Shown here in pieces: positions 1 through 11,072 of a DNA stretch of 64,000 nucleotides (position 1 is the stretch's first letter; every line of letters begins with the position of its first letter). The translations under genes were made by a program, and so were the position numbers. The stretch is from Candidatus Bathyarchaeota archaeon (GTDB lineage: Archaea; Thermoproteota; Bathyarchaeia; Bathyarchaeales; Bathycorpusculaceae). The stretch is taken from the NCBI GenBank assembly GCA_963720565.1, contig CAVRFW010000009.1, positions 288,001 through 352,000 of the forward strand, read 5' to 3'. Under the pieces are notes generated by a model. That model saw nothing but the letters and a program-made list of their open reading frames with translations. It did not search any database and had not been told where the DNA came from.

Positions 1-536
1 GCCGTCCCAATTCCAGCGACAAAATGCGTAATTTTCCCATCAGTCTGCTCCCAAATCTCCTCTCCCGTGGTTTCATAGTGAACCTTCCAATTCATGTCAT
101 TGGCAAACTGGTCCGTCATGAAATACCTCGAGCTCTTCGCCATTTCTCTAGCTTTCTTCACAGCTTCTGCTTCTGTTGAAACGAAAATCAACTTGGCACC
201 TAGCACTCTCAAAATCTTCTTTCGCTCTTCAGAAACAGACTCCGGTAACACGATTTCGCATCCGTAGCCTTTGAGAGCTGCCACCCAAGCTATGCTTATC
301 CCCGTGTTTCCGGAAGTTGCCTCCAAAATAATCTTACCCTTTGCTAGCTTTCCCTCTTCCTCAGCGCTAGCAATCATTCGCAAAGCTATTCTGTCCTTCA
401 AGGAGCCCATAGGGTTAAAGCCCTCCAACTTCGCGTAAATCTGCACACGGGAGTTTGGGGACATGCTATTTATCCTGACCATGGGGGTTTTGCCTATCAA
501 CTCAAAAACGTGATTGGCACACTTCATTTCGAACAT
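1..536 (-). CDS. cysK: Cysteine synthase family PLP enzyme (runs off window start)
   Basis: Manual translation MFEMKCANHVFELIGKTPMVRIN...YAKLEGFNPMGSLKDRIA; EATSGNTG and GIGTA motifs. Start at 536 or 527. Confidence 0.9.
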   Translation of the reverse strand, partial: MFEMKCANHVFELIGKTPMVRINSMSPNSRVQIYAKLEGFNPMGSLKDRIALRMIASAEEEGKLAKGKIILEATSGNTGISIAWVAALKGYGCEIVLPESVSEERKKILRVLGAKLIFVSTEAEAVKKAREMAKSSRYFMTDQFANDMNWKVHYETTGEEIWEQTDGKITHFVAGIGT

Positions 537-597
537 TCACAACCGAAGACCATGTTTCATATGAAATAGAAAATAGTTTTGCTCCAGATCAGCTTGT

Positions 598-897
598 TCA
601 TCTGGATTTTTCCCGAGTTTCAGCTGGGTATTTTTTTCCCTCGTTGATTCGTTCTTTTACATCTTTGATATCTGCTTCTTTGCCTGCTAGAATCTTAAGC
701 CATAAGGCAAACTCGGTTTTGGATATTTCCTTCAGCAGCCTTCCGTTCTGGTCACCAGCATAATACCTTGCCGACTGTTGAGGGGATTCAAGCAACTTCA
801 CGTAGAATATGCGGTTCTCAATCGTGAGCCTGGAGGAACAGCCTTTCTTTTCGCCTTCAACATAATCCACGTCATAGACCATGAACCGAACTTCCAC
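598..897 (-). CDS. Hypothetical protein
   Basis: 99-aa ORF co-oriented between two real genes; no family recognised. Confidence 0.6.
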   Translation of the reverse strand: MEVRFMVYDVDYVEGEKKGCSSRLTIENRIFYVKLLESPQQSARYYAGDQNGRLLKEISKTEFALWLKILAGKEADIKDVKERINEGKKYPAETREKSR

Positions 898-978
898 CTT
901 AACACCGTATCCTGATTCTCTTAAGGTTTATCTTCGAAAACTGAGGAAACAAAATGAACAATAAGCCCGAACAATGCC

Positions 979-1269
979 TTAGACGGGGTTGCCCCTTTTC
1001 TTATGTTTGAAACTTGTTAGAATCACCACGGCAGCGGCATGAGAGCATTTTCCCTTCGACAGGAACCCGGGGCAACTGCAACTCACTTTTCCAGCGTAAT
1101 TCTGAACCACTGTATATGTCCCATGATCTCCAATAACATTGTAGGTTCCTTCGGCTAAATGCTCAACCCTATTGCTTTCGACAAGCTTTCTAGCTTTTTC
1201 CAGCATTCTTTCCGAGGCCAAATCAATAATCAATCCAGTATGATGAAGTCTCTTGGGGGAACCATCCAT
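979..1269 (-). CDS. SWIM zinc-finger protein
   Basis: CSCPGF...KCSH = CxC-x(n)-CxH SWIM motif. Confidence 0.8.
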   Translation of the reverse strand: MDGSPKRLHHTGLIIDLASERMLEKARKLVESNRVEHLAEGTYNVIGDHGTYTVVQNYAGKVSCSCPGFLSKGKCSHAAAVVILTSFKHKKRGNPV

Positions 1270-1484
1270 AATCTAAGCCTACCAAGACTATTAAAGCACG
1301 CGATATCCTTTGTCCACCCACTACTGCTATTCCAACTTGGGAGAGCTGCTACTAGCACGTCACAAGCTCACCATGGACAAGCCGCGGATAGCACAATAGT
1401 ACGGTCATGCTTCGAATTGGGAAACACTGTGATTTGTGGAAAACAGTTATACGGATAAACGGATTTCTTTGAAAGAGCAGGCTC

Positions 1485-2711
1485 GTGACAGACATGTTCA
1501 ACAGCTACCGCGGTATGTCCAAACAGGCAAAATACTTGACCATTGCAGCACTTTTACCGTCAATTGCTTACGGTATGTTCTACACTGACATATCCTATTT
1601 TCTCACAACCGTCCAAGGCGTTTCAGCCGATTTTATGGGCTTTGTAATTACAGTCATGGGGGTCTCAACGTTTGTCGCCAGCATTCTTCTCGGAGTTGTC
1701 GCAGACATCTACGGCAGAAAAAAAATGCTTATCGCAGGAAACGTGCTGGCAAGCTTGATACTCGCTGTCTTCGCCTTAACAACAGACCCTGCTATACTGC
1801 TGATAGCAGCAATACTTGAAGGAATCTCTGAAGGCGCAGCCATAGCATCAAGCAGCGCGCTTCTCGCAGAGAAAGCGGGAAATGAAAAGAGAACCAGTGT
1901 CTTCTCGCTCTACGCTTTTGCACAAAGCATCGCTTGGGGGATAGGCAGCCTCTCAGTACCTGCAATAATTATTTTTGAACTAGCAGGTTTCACAAACAAG
2001 GAAAGCCACGTAATACTCTACGTATTGCTAGCCATTCTGAGCTTGTTCTCGACATTAATCATGCTTAAAGTGGAAGAATCTAAAAGACCGAAAAAAGCAA
2101 GAGCGAGCATAAAGGATTTCTTCCCAAGAAAATCGAGAGACGTCCTGCTAAAATACGTCATAACCGGCGCCATAGTCGCTTTCGGAGCAGGAATGGTAGT
2201 GCCAATCATGACTCTCTGGTTCAATCTACAGTACGGTATTTCTGACACGATAAGCTCACCAATCCTGGCAGTCTCAAGCATACTCATTGGAGCAGCGACG
2301 CTCCTAGCGCCAATGGCAGCCAGAAGATTCGGCCTCGTAAAAGCTGTAGTAATAACACAGGGAGCATCAACTGTTTTCATGTTCCTCATGCCTCTTTCTC
2401 CAAACTATGCTCTAGCTGGACTTGTGTACAGCATGAGAGCCCTACTCATGAACATGGCAAGCCCCCTCTCACAATCTATGATAATGGGGCTAGTTGCTGA
2501 GGACGAACGCGGAGCCGCTTCAGGCATAAGCGGAGCACTATGGAGATTGCCTAACGCGTTAAGCACTTGGATAGGCGCATCGCTAATGGGCATCGGCTTA
2601 CTCTCTGAACCCTTCTTCATTGCAACCCTGCTATACGTCATATCCATAACGCTATTCTGGTTCTACTTCAGAAACACAAGAATGCCTGAAGAACAAAATC
2701 CCTCTTCATAA
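1485..2711 (+). CDS. MFS transporter
   Basis: ~12 hydrophobic segments; motif A GVVADIYGRKK. Confidence 0.9.
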   Translation: MTDMFNSYRGMSKQAKYLTIAALLPSIAYGMFYTDISYFLTTVQGVSADFMGFVITVMGVSTFVASILLGVVADIYGRKKMLIAGNVLASLILAVFALTTDPAILLIAAILEGISEGAAIASSSALLAEKAGNEKRTSVFSLYAFAQSIAWGIGSLSVPAIIIFELAGFTNKESHVILYVLLAILSLFSTLIMLKVEESKRPKKARASIKDFFPRKSRDVLLKYVITGAIVAFGAGMVVPIMTLWFNLQYGISDTISSPILAVSSILIGAATLLAPMAARRFGLVKAVVITQGASTVFMFLMPLSPNYALAGLVYSMRALLMNMASPLSQSMIMGLVAEDERGAASGISGALWRLPNALSTWIGASLMGIGLLSEPFFIATLLYVISITLFWFYFRNTRMPEEQNPSS

Positions 2712-2869
2712 ACCGCCTTTTCCACATGAAAAACCACCAAAACACAATCGCTAATGGCATACGCAATTCTTGTAAATTTTCTTATTTTGCTGGTTGCAGT
2801 AATCGGTATCGAGTTAAAAGTTAATTTAGATGTTTCGATTTAGAATCGTTCAAGGAAGCGCGATAGTCC

Positions 2870-3934
2870 ATGCAGATTGAAAAGTATATTGATTTGAGGA
2901 GCGACACCGTCACATTGCCAACTGACGAGATGTTGGAAGCTATTCGTCACGCGAAGCTTGGAGACGATGTTTACAGGGAAGATCCAACTGTCAACAAGTT
3001 TGAGGAGATGGCGGCTGCGAAGATGGGCAAAGAAGCCGCACTTCTGGTTACAAGCGGAACGCAAGCAAATTTAGTGTCGCTGATGAGCAACACACAACGG
3101 GGGCAACTGGTTATTCTCGAATCTGAGAGTCACATGCACTGGTACGAAGTAGGGGGCATATCCACGATCGCGGGTTTACTGCCTTGGCCAGTGAAAAGCC
3201 AATACGGCGTGCTTGAACCAGAACAGATTGATGCCGCGGTAAGGCCAAAGGATATCCACTTTCCAGAACCAGCTCTGGTTTGTGTCGAAAACTCCCACAA
3301 CCGACATGGAGGCACCGTGGTGACCCCTGTTCAATTGCAGGCTATGCATGAGGCTGCAGAAAGGCACGGTCTGAAACTATACATGGACGGCGCAAGAATT
3401 TTCAATTCTGCAATAGCGCTGAAAGTTGATGTTAAAGAGCTCACGAGGCACGTGGACAACCTGATGTTCTGCTTGTCGAAGGGTCTATGCTGTCCGGTTG
3501 GTTCGGTGGTTGTTGGTTCTTACGAGTTTGTTGAGAAGGCTAGGAAAGTCAGGAAAGTTCTGGGAGGCGGAATGCGTCAAGCAGGCATAATCGCCGCGGC
3601 AGGAATTGTTGCGCTAGAGAAAATGGTTAGCCGGTTGCAGGACGATCATGAAAACGCCAAACGCCTAGCTGAAGCTATAGCCAAAATCAAGGGAATACAA
3701 GTCGATTTGAAGCGTGTCCAGACCAACATGGTGCTTCTGAACACAAGCGGCCTAAAAGTAGATGACACAATTGTCCTATCGAAGCTTAAGGAAAGAGGTG
3801 TACTCGTCTCAATGATGGGAAAGCATACGCTTCGAATGGTGACTCATTTGGGAATCGAAAGAGCACATGTTGAGGCGGCAATAAACGCGGTTACCCTAAC
3901 AGCAGATGAGATAAACAAGCACGTTTTCCCATAA
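2870..3934 (+). CDS. ltaE: Low-specificity L-threonine aldolase
   Basis: DLRSDTVT, GDDVY, MDGARIFN and CLSKGL (PLP lysine) motifs. Confidence 0.92.
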   Translation: MQIEKYIDLRSDTVTLPTDEMLEAIRHAKLGDDVYREDPTVNKFEEMAAAKMGKEAALLVTSGTQANLVSLMSNTQRGQLVILESESHMHWYEVGGISTIAGLLPWPVKSQYGVLEPEQIDAAVRPKDIHFPEPALVCVENSHNRHGGTVVTPVQLQAMHEAAERHGLKLYMDGARIFNSAIALKVDVKELTRHVDNLMFCLSKGLCCPVGSVVVGSYEFVEKARKVRKVLGGGMRQAGIIAAAGIVALEKMVSRLQDDHENAKRLAEAIAKIKGIQVDLKRVQTNMVLLNTSGLKVDDTIVLSKLKERGVLVSMMGKHTLRMVTHLGIERAHVEAAINAVTLTADEINKHVFP

Positions 3935-3966
3935 TTATGATTGTACCGCGATCTTGCAGCTTCTGC

Positions 3967-4983
3967 TTAAGAAGGTGCCCGATTCTTCGTATTCAGGTAG
4001 TAACTTGGGCAAGCTACAAAGTGACCTTTGCCAACATCGACTAGTCCAAGCGTTTCTTCCGCGCAGCCATGATCTTTCTTGTAGATACATCTGGGTTGGA
4101 ACCTGCATCCCGTCGGCGGGTTTATTGGACTTGGGACTTCTCCTGGCAAAATGATCCTGCGCTTTTTTGCATCTGGGTCAGGAATTGGAATTGCCGAAAG
4201 CAAAGCCTGCGTATACGGGTGCAATGGATGCTCAAAAAGCTCATCCGTGTCTGCAATCTCCACGAACTTTCCAAGGTACATGACGGCGATTCTGTGACAA
4301 ATATGCCTGACCGTGCTCAGGTCGTGACTAATGTACAGGTATGTTATTTTGAACTTGTTCTGAAGTTCTTGTAGAAGGTTCAGTATCTGTGCCCTGACTG
4401 AAACGTCCAACGAGGCCACAGGTTCATCTGCAATCAATAATTCTGGTTCGACGGCTAAAGCCCTTGCGATGCATACTCTCTGCCTTTGTCCCCCGCTGAA
4501 CTCGTGCGGATACCGTTCAGCATGATACTCCTCTAATCCAACGAGCTTCAACAGTTCGTAGAGTCTGTCCTGCCACTTATCCTTTGGAATGTGTCCGTGA
4601 ATAGCCATCGGCTCCGTGATTATGTCGGACACGGTCATTCTGGGGTCAAGCGATGCATAAGGATTTTGAAAAACATACTGCATCTTGCGTCTCAGTCTCA
4701 ATATTGCTGCTTTGTCCTTTGACTGGAAAATACGGCTTACTTCTTCTCCCGCAAAGTATATCTCGCCGCTCGTGGGTGGATCAAGGGATAGAATTGCTCG
4801 CGCAGTTGTTGTTTTTCCGCAACCGCTTTCACCAACCAACCCAAAAGTTTCCCCTCGGTTTACCGAAAAGCTCACTCCGTCGACAGCGTGCACAACACCG
4901 ACCTGTTTCTTCATCAAGACTCCCTTGCTGGTAATTGGAAAATGCTTCACCAGATTCCTAACGTCCAATACGACTTCGCTCAT
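3967..4983 (-). CDS. oppF: Oligopeptide/dipeptide ABC transporter ATP-binding subunit
   Basis: Walker A GESGCGKT, FSGGQRQR, HPYTQALL, C-terminal GCRFQPRC. Confidence 0.93.
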   Translation of the reverse strand: MSEVVLDVRNLVKHFPITSKGVLMKKQVGVVHAVDGVSFSVNRGETFGLVGESGCGKTTTARAILSLDPPTSGEIYFAGEEVSRIFQSKDKAAILRLRRKMQYVFQNPYASLDPRMTVSDIITEPMAIHGHIPKDKWQDRLYELLKLVGLEEYHAERYPHEFSGGQRQRVCIARALAVEPELLIADEPVASLDVSVRAQILNLLQELQNKFKITYLYISHDLSTVRHICHRIAVMYLGKFVEIADTDELFEHPLHPYTQALLSAIPIPDPDAKKRRIILPGEVPSPINPPTGCRFQPRCIYKKDHGCAEETLGLVDVGKGHFVACPSYYLNTKNRAPS

Positions 4984-5987
4984 TTGTTCAAGCCCCTGAA
5001 AGGCGATGTAGCCTCAATCTCTCTCGCGCGAACACATGCCACATAGTGATCTTTTTCTATCTCCATCAATTCTGGAAGCTCAGCGGTGCAAACTCCCTGC
5101 TTTGCGAATTCGCAGCGTGGATGGAATCTGCAACCTGGAGGAACTTCAATTAGGTTGGGAATAGCGCCTGGGATGACTTTGAGTTTTTCTCTTTTCAAAG
5201 CCAAGCTTGGAACAGCTTCGAGGAGTGCTCGGGTGTACGGATGCTTCGGATTGTAAAATATCGTTTTTGTGCTTGCGGATTCGCAGACACGTCCAGCGTA
5301 CAGAACGGTTATGCGGTCGGCCACGTCAGCTACAACACCCATGTCGTGGGTAATCAATATCATCGCCATACCAAGCTTCTGCTTCAGGTTCTTCAGCAAA
5401 TCAAGGATTTGCGCTTGAACTGTCACGTCAAGAGCCGTGGTTGGTTCATCAGCCAGAAGGAGACTAGGTTCGCAGGATAAGGCTCTTGCCACTGCGATAC
5501 GTTGTTTCATGCCGCCGCTTAGTTGATGGGGATAACTCCAAATCTTAACATCTGGGTCAGGAATTTCCACAAGTCTAAAAAGCTCAATGGCTTTCTTTAG
5601 AGCTTCCTCTTTCGTCACGTTTTGGTGTTGCCTTATGACTTCTACTAGTTGATCAGCAACTGAAAAGACAGGATTCAAAGAAGTTGCAGGGTCTTGGAAA
5701 ATGTAGGCTACTTCCTTTCCTCGAAACTTCTGCATTTCATCTTCTTTCCTTTCGAGGATGTTTTCTCCTCTGTATAAGATGCGTCCCCCTACAATCTTGC
5801 CTGGTCGGGGAACTATCCTCAGGGTTGACAGCGCTGTTACGGATTTTCCTGAGCCTGATTCACCTACCAAACCCAGTGTTTCGCCCTCCTTGACTTTGAG
5901 AGAGACGCCGTCGACTGCTTTGACTACTCCTGCCCACGTGTAGAAATATGTTTTGAGATTGTCAATTTCCAGCAGTTCATTCGCCAT
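4980..5987 (-). CDS. oppD: Oligopeptide/dipeptide ABC transporter ATP-binding subunit
   Basis: GESGSGKS, LSGGMKQR, DEPTTALD. Start placed at MANELLE (5987) after a GGAG SD, avoiding overlap with oppC. Confidence 0.92.
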   Translation of the reverse strand: MANELLEIDNLKTYFYTWAGVVKAVDGVSLKVKEGETLGLVGESGSGKSVTALSTLRIVPRPGKIVGGRILYRGENILERKEDEMQKFRGKEVAYIFQDPATSLNPVFSVADQLVEVIRQHQNVTKEEALKKAIELFRLVEIPDPDVKIWSYPHQLSGGMKQRIAVARALSCEPSLLLADEPTTALDVTVQAQILDLLKNLKQKLGMAMILITHDMGVVADVADRITVLYAGRVCESASTKTIFYNPKHPYTRALLEAVPSLALKREKLKVIPGAIPNLIEVPPGCRFHPRCEFAKQGVCTAELPELMEIEKDHYVACVRAREIEATSPFRGLNK

Positions 5988-6004
5988 TTCGTGTCCTCCC
6001 TTGT

Positions 6005-6973
6005 TTATTCTCTGAGACGTGGGTCGAAAGCGTCTCGTAACCCGTTTCCCAAAAGGCTGAAACCCAGCACTAGTATTGTGATGAAGAATCCCGGAAAGAT
6101 TCCTTCCCACCAAGCCTCTTTGACCGCCTCGCTTGCTCCTTGGAGTTGCTGTCCCCAAGTAATGCTGTTTGGATCGCCGAACCCTAGAAAGCTTATTCCC
6201 GCCTCAACCAGTATTGCCCCGGCGATCTGAAGAGTTATTAGAACGATTACAATGTGCAAGACATTCGGGAGTAGATGTCGAAGTATTATTCGCCATTTGC
6301 TTGCCCCGAGTGATTTTGCGGCTTCAATGTACTCGTACTGCTTAACCCGGAGCACTTCTCCCCGGATAATTCTAGCATTGGAAGCCCAAGAGAACAAGCC
6401 TATTATCAAGGTTACCATTGAAAGGCCTCCCACTCCAGATGGTGCCAAAGTTGTCACTACTTTCAGGAAGACCAATAAAATCAGAAGAAATGGAATAACG
6501 AGAAAGACTTCGGTTATTCTCATCAACAAATTGTCCAAAAGACCACCATAGTACCCCGAAACAAGTCCTATGACAATAGCTAGAGACATAGCTATTGCCG
6601 CTGATCCGAAGCCCACGTAAAGCGCTGCTGAGGCTCCGTACACAACTTGACTGAAAACGTCATGACCAACGTAGTCGGTTCCGAATAGGTATTTTGTAGA
6701 AGGTGGCATTCTGATTCTTCCTTCTTCACGCAAGCTTGCCAGGTAGTTTGGGGGGTAACGCGCGATTATCGGGCCAAACAATGCCATAAACACTACTACA
6801 CCTATTATTATGAGGCCAGCCAACGCCGCTCTGTTCTTTTTAAATCTGCGCCATGCAATGTTCCACTGGCTTACGCCCTTGCGAACCTTCTTTTCAGTCG
6901 GTTCTATAACCGTTGCTTCCATTGGATTGCTGTTTTCCATTTCTTTCAGACCTATTATGTATCTTTTATTCAA
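6005..6973 (-). CDS. oppC: Peptide ABC transporter permease
   Basis: FGTDYVGHD, EAA loop YIEAAKSLGA, LLGNGLRDAFDPR. Confidence 0.93.
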   Translation of the reverse strand: MNKRYIIGLKEMENSNPMEATVIEPTEKKVRKGVSQWNIAWRRFKKNRAALAGLIIIGVVVFMALFGPIIARYPPNYLASLREEGRIRMPPSTKYLFGTDYVGHDVFSQVVYGASAALYVGFGSAAIAMSLAIVIGLVSGYYGGLLDNLLMRITEVFLVIPFLLILLVFLKVVTTLAPSGVGGLSMVTLIIGLFSWASNARIIRGEVLRVKQYEYIEAAKSLGASKWRIILRHLLPNVLHIVIVLITLQIAGAILVEAGISFLGFGDPNSITWGQQLQGASEAVKEAWWEGIFPGFFITILVLGFSLLGNGLRDAFDPRLRE

Positions 6974-8006
6974 TTCTGATTCTAGGATCTATGTACGCGT
7001 ACGTTATGTCAGTAATAAGGTTGGCAAATAAAGTCATCAGCGTTATGAAGACTGTTATTCCCATAATGAGCGGAAAATCCAGTTTTCCAACAGCCTGAAC
7101 ATACAGACGACCTACTCCTGGCCAATTGAAAACGGTTTCAGTGATAGGGGCTCCGGCTAGCATGCCTCCAAAATATAGTCCGATGTAAGTAACAACCGGA
7201 ATCAAAGCGTTTCTCAATGCATGCTTGTAGACTACCGTTCTTTCACTTAAACCGCCTGCTCTAGCAGCCAGAATGTAATCCTGTCTGAGTATTTCAAGCA
7301 TACTCGACCGCACCAGAAGAACGATAGGGGCAAGAGTTGCGAAGGTTAAAATGGCAGTGGGCACAATGAGGTGCCATAGCTCGTCCAAGAAATAATTACC
7401 CAAGAAGTAATGTTCTACCAATAGGGTGTGAGCTCCAAATGGTGGAAACCAGCCCAAATAGTATGAAAAGACTAGTATGCCAACTATGCCTATATAGAAA
7501 ACAGGGATGCATGTTCCAAGAATAGAAATTGTTGTCACGGAGACATCCAGCTTGGAATACTGTTTTCGAGCGGACGTGATTCCTATAGGTATAGCAATTA
7601 AGAGCGATAGGAAAAGGGAGGCCAATTGGAGCTTGAAGGTTTCCCAAGTGTAATCGCCAATCAACGTAGTCACGGCAGTCCCGCCTCTGAGGGCATAAGA
7701 GTTGCCCAAATTTCCTTGGAATAGTTCCCATATGTACTTGAGGAATTGAACGTACAAAGGTTGATCGAGACCATAATACGCGGTCAACTGCGCCCTTGCT
7801 TCCGCCGTAATTCGTGGATTCAATCCTGTCATAAGCTTGACGGGATCGCCTGCCAAGCGTGAGGCAACAAACACTAAGATCAAGATTCCGAAGAAAAGCG
7901 GAATCAAATACAAGAGTCTTCTGAGAATATATCTTGTCAACGGGCTCCGTAAGGCAACAAAAAGACGATTTCGGATGGAACTCGAGTCCACACTATCGTT
8001 TGGCAA
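6966..8006 (-). CDS. oppB: Peptide ABC transporter permease
   Basis: YILRRLL, GLDQPLYVQF, KHALRNALIP, YAYIDPRIR. Confidence 0.93.
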   Translation of the reverse strand: MPNDSVDSSSIRNRLFVALRSPLTRYILRRLLYLIPLFFGILILVFVASRLAGDPVKLMTGLNPRITAEARAQLTAYYGLDQPLYVQFLKYIWELFQGNLGNSYALRGGTAVTTLIGDYTWETFKLQLASLFLSLLIAIPIGITSARKQYSKLDVSVTTISILGTCIPVFYIGIVGILVFSYYLGWFPPFGAHTLLVEHYFLGNYFLDELWHLIVPTAILTFATLAPIVLLVRSSMLEILRQDYILAARAGGLSERTVVYKHALRNALIPVVTYIGLYFGGMLAGAPITETVFNWPGVGRLYVQAVGKLDFPLIMGITVFITLMTLFANLITDITYAYIDPRIRIE

Positions 8007-8166
8007 TGTTAGTCACTGTTATGAAGTAATTTCTGTTCATGATAAATATATAAAGATTCTTTGAGAATGCATGTTTTCCCACCTTTTAGCGCGTTTCATC
8101 TAAAATAAGCCACAAGGTAGTGGTTTTACGGCAAATCTTATTAGGTATAACTAAGAATCAGAGTTA

Positions 8167-10052
8167 TTGGAGGTTAAAAAAGAGTTGACCAATAAAAACA
8201 AAGCGCTGTTCTTTTGCTCACTATTGATACTAAGCACGTTCGCACTGCCAGCAGTTATGCTTGTCCAAGCACAAGAGGAGAGTTTGTTCCAGATGACCTT
8301 GATTGTTCCCGGTCCAAATCCTTCCCGCAAAGCCTGGGCTGAAGTTATTGAAAATGCTCTAGACGAAGTCGGAATAGATGCGGATAGGGTGGAGCTAGAT
8401 TGGGACACAGTTTACGCACGCGCACTCACCCCTGATCCGTCTGTTGCAGGAAAGACCTACGCAGATGGAGGCTTCGACACATTGTTCGTCGGATACGCAA
8501 TGGGAGTAGACCCTGATCCGTACGGGTCTGTTTGACAGCAGCCAGTTTGCACCGGATGGACAAAACTATTACTTCTGGAACAACACCGAAAGCGACAGAC
8601 TCTGTCGACTAATTCAAGAAACAACTGATGAAGCTACACGCCTCGGATACGTCAAAGAATGGCAAAAACTATACCACGAGCAGGAGCCATCTGCAACAAT
8701 CCTTTATACCAAGGAAGTAGTTGCATTTGACCCAACTGTTCTCCAAGGTGACCCATTCACCATTATGCACTATCCAGCTTGGCCCAGAGTGAAAAACTGG
8801 AAACTGACTGACACAGCAACCACGACAACAATCGTTCTTGCACAGACAGGTCCAGCACCCTCAGAAGGCTTTAACCCGTTGCTGACCACATCATACTATG
8901 ACCTAACAGCATACGACAATTGCTTCGACGGCCTCGCAGAAAGAGAGAACCTGCAAACATTTGCGATGGTTCCTAATCTTGCGACAAGCTGGTCAGTTGC
9001 TTCTGATGGAAAAACATGGACAGTGGAGTTGCGTGATGGCGTAACGTGGCACGACGGAGTTGCATTCACTGCCGACGACGTCAAGTTCACTTTCGACTCG
9101 TACTTGAACGCGGACATCGGCTCGCCAATTGGATCCTTCATTGAAGGAATCATAGGCGCCAAAGAAAACGTTGAAGTTGTCGACGCAAACACAGTTGTAT
9201 TCCACCTGCCCAAAGTCTACGCCTATTTCGTTGAAGACATCTTAGCAGGCTCCATTATTCCAAAGCACGTCTTGGAAAGCGTTCCAGCTGCACAATGGAA
9301 GACACATCCATTCAACACTGCATCAGGAAGCTACACAGTAGGATCATACACGGCCTTTGGCCCAATAGGCACTGGACCATACATATACGCGGCATACGAT
9401 CCAACAACACTTTCAAACGTAATGACGAAAAACCCGAACTACTGGAACAAAGCTGCATTAGAGGCTAAAGGAGAATATGGGATAGAGACATTCTATGTTC
9501 AACAAATAGAAGACTCTGATCCAGCCATAGCCGCACTCAAAGCAGGCCAAGTCGACGTTCTTGACTCTCAATACCAGCTAAACACGAAACTGGACAGTCT
9601 TGAACCTGCATGGAGTGACTACCGCAGCTACGATGCCTTCGGAGTCCAAGAATTCGGCTTCAACATGAATCACCCAGTCTTTGGAACAGGCGTTGACACA
9701 CCGCTCGGCAAGAGCGACCCGTCAAGAGCAGCAGAAGCCGCCAAATACGTTAGACAGGCCATTAGCCACTGCATAAACAGGCAAGGCATAATAGACACAA
9801 TCGTTGCAGGCTACGGTTCTCCTGGTCTCACAACATCCATCACCAAAGTCACTGCCGGATATGACTCATCAATAGCACCCTACTCATACGATCTTGACGT
9901 TGGCAAAGTCACTGCTAGCAGCCGCTGGTTACGACACTGGAGTTGCACCGCCCGGAGGAGACTTCATCGGACAATACGGCCTATACATTGCAATCGCTGC
10001 AATCGTCGCAGTAGTCGCAGTAGCAGCAGTATACTTCGTTAAGAAGCGCTAA
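8167..10052 (+). CDS. oppA: Family-5 peptide ABC solute-binding protein, circularly permuted, with C-terminal membrane anchor; two apparent frameshifts (~8530, ~9905)
   Basis: Signal peptide; LATSWSVASDGKTWTVELRDGVTWHDG signature, GTGPY, VRQAI. Reading across shifts gives AKSLLAAAGY...TM...VYFVKKR-TAA(10050-10052). Confidence 0.85.
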
Positions 10053-10094
10053 AAAACATCCTTACTTTCTTTTTTTTCTTTTTGTTTTTTCCGC

Positions 10095-10439
10095 TTAAAT
10101 AGCAGAAATAACTAATCCAATTAACAACAAGAACAACCCTACTACAATCAACACTTGTCCTTGTTTCTCTGATGTTTTTCGGCGTTCCTGGTTCCAAGGC
10201 TCAGAACGGAACAAAATTTCTCCAACCTTACTGACAACAGGAGAATACATAGCAACCACTCCCCCAAAAGTCAATCCTAAACCACCCTCGAGTACCAAAA
10301 TCAAGGAAACCATTGCAGTAATCTGACTCGACTCTTGCATGAAAAAAAGAACCAGCAGAAAATCGATTCCAAGAACAACAATAGAATATACAACGCATGA
10401 AACAATCAATTCTGCAGCGTGATTCAATCTATCTACCAC
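10095..10439 (-). CDS. Small membrane protein
   Basis: Three hydrophobic segments. Confidence 0.65.
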   Translation of the reverse strand: MVDRLNHAAELIVSCVVYSIVVLGIDFLLVLFFMQESSQITAMVSLILVLEGGLGLTFGGVVAMYSPVVSKVGEILFRSEPWNQERRKTSEKQGQVLIVVGLFLLLIGLVISAI

Positions 10440-10587
10440 ACCAGCTCTTGGCCAAACAACAGGCTATAATTCGGGATAGTACCGTGTGGACATATTCAAA
10501 GGTTTCAGTCTGTGTTTCAACATCCGATTTCTCTCGAAAATCATCTCTCAACAAGATTTTAATATCGGCGAATCATGAACAGAAAAC

Positions 10588-10794
10588 ATGGGAGAAACCA
10601 GAAAAAGATCAGTAGCCAAATCTGTTGTGTGGAGAATAATCTGCATCCTAGTAAGCATCGCTGTTTCATACCTTTTGACTTCAAGATGGGATATTGCCGT
10701 TGCAATCGGAAGCGTCTACAACATAATAACTATGATTCTGTACTATTTCCATGAAAGGCTGTGGAACAGCATCAAGTGGGGAAAATCCAACTAG
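10588..10794 (+). CDS. DUF2061-like small membrane protein
   Basis: RKRSVAKSVVWR...YYFHERLW pattern. Confidence 0.8.
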   Translation: MGETRKRSVAKSVVWRIICILVSIAVSYLLTSRWDIAVAIGSVYNIITMILYYFHERLWNSIKWGKSN

Positions 10795-11072
10795 GATTTT
10801 GAGCCATATGAAGGAAAGCGTTGCCATTTCATTTTAGTGCTTGTCTTGCTAGTGAACGAAGTTATGGGAAAATTCACCTGGTTCAAAAACCTTTTTTAGC
10901 CTTGAAGAAGCAGTCTAGCGCGATAGAAACTTGCGCAAATCGGTAGTTTTGCGGCAGTAATTGGTGTTCTGTTGTTCTCCCTTGCCCCTTTCACGGTAAT
11001 GGATAATTCGAGTTCTCTCCGAAGCGCGCGCGGATCCAACCCTTATTAGGCACTTGGGTCACTCAAGATTGA

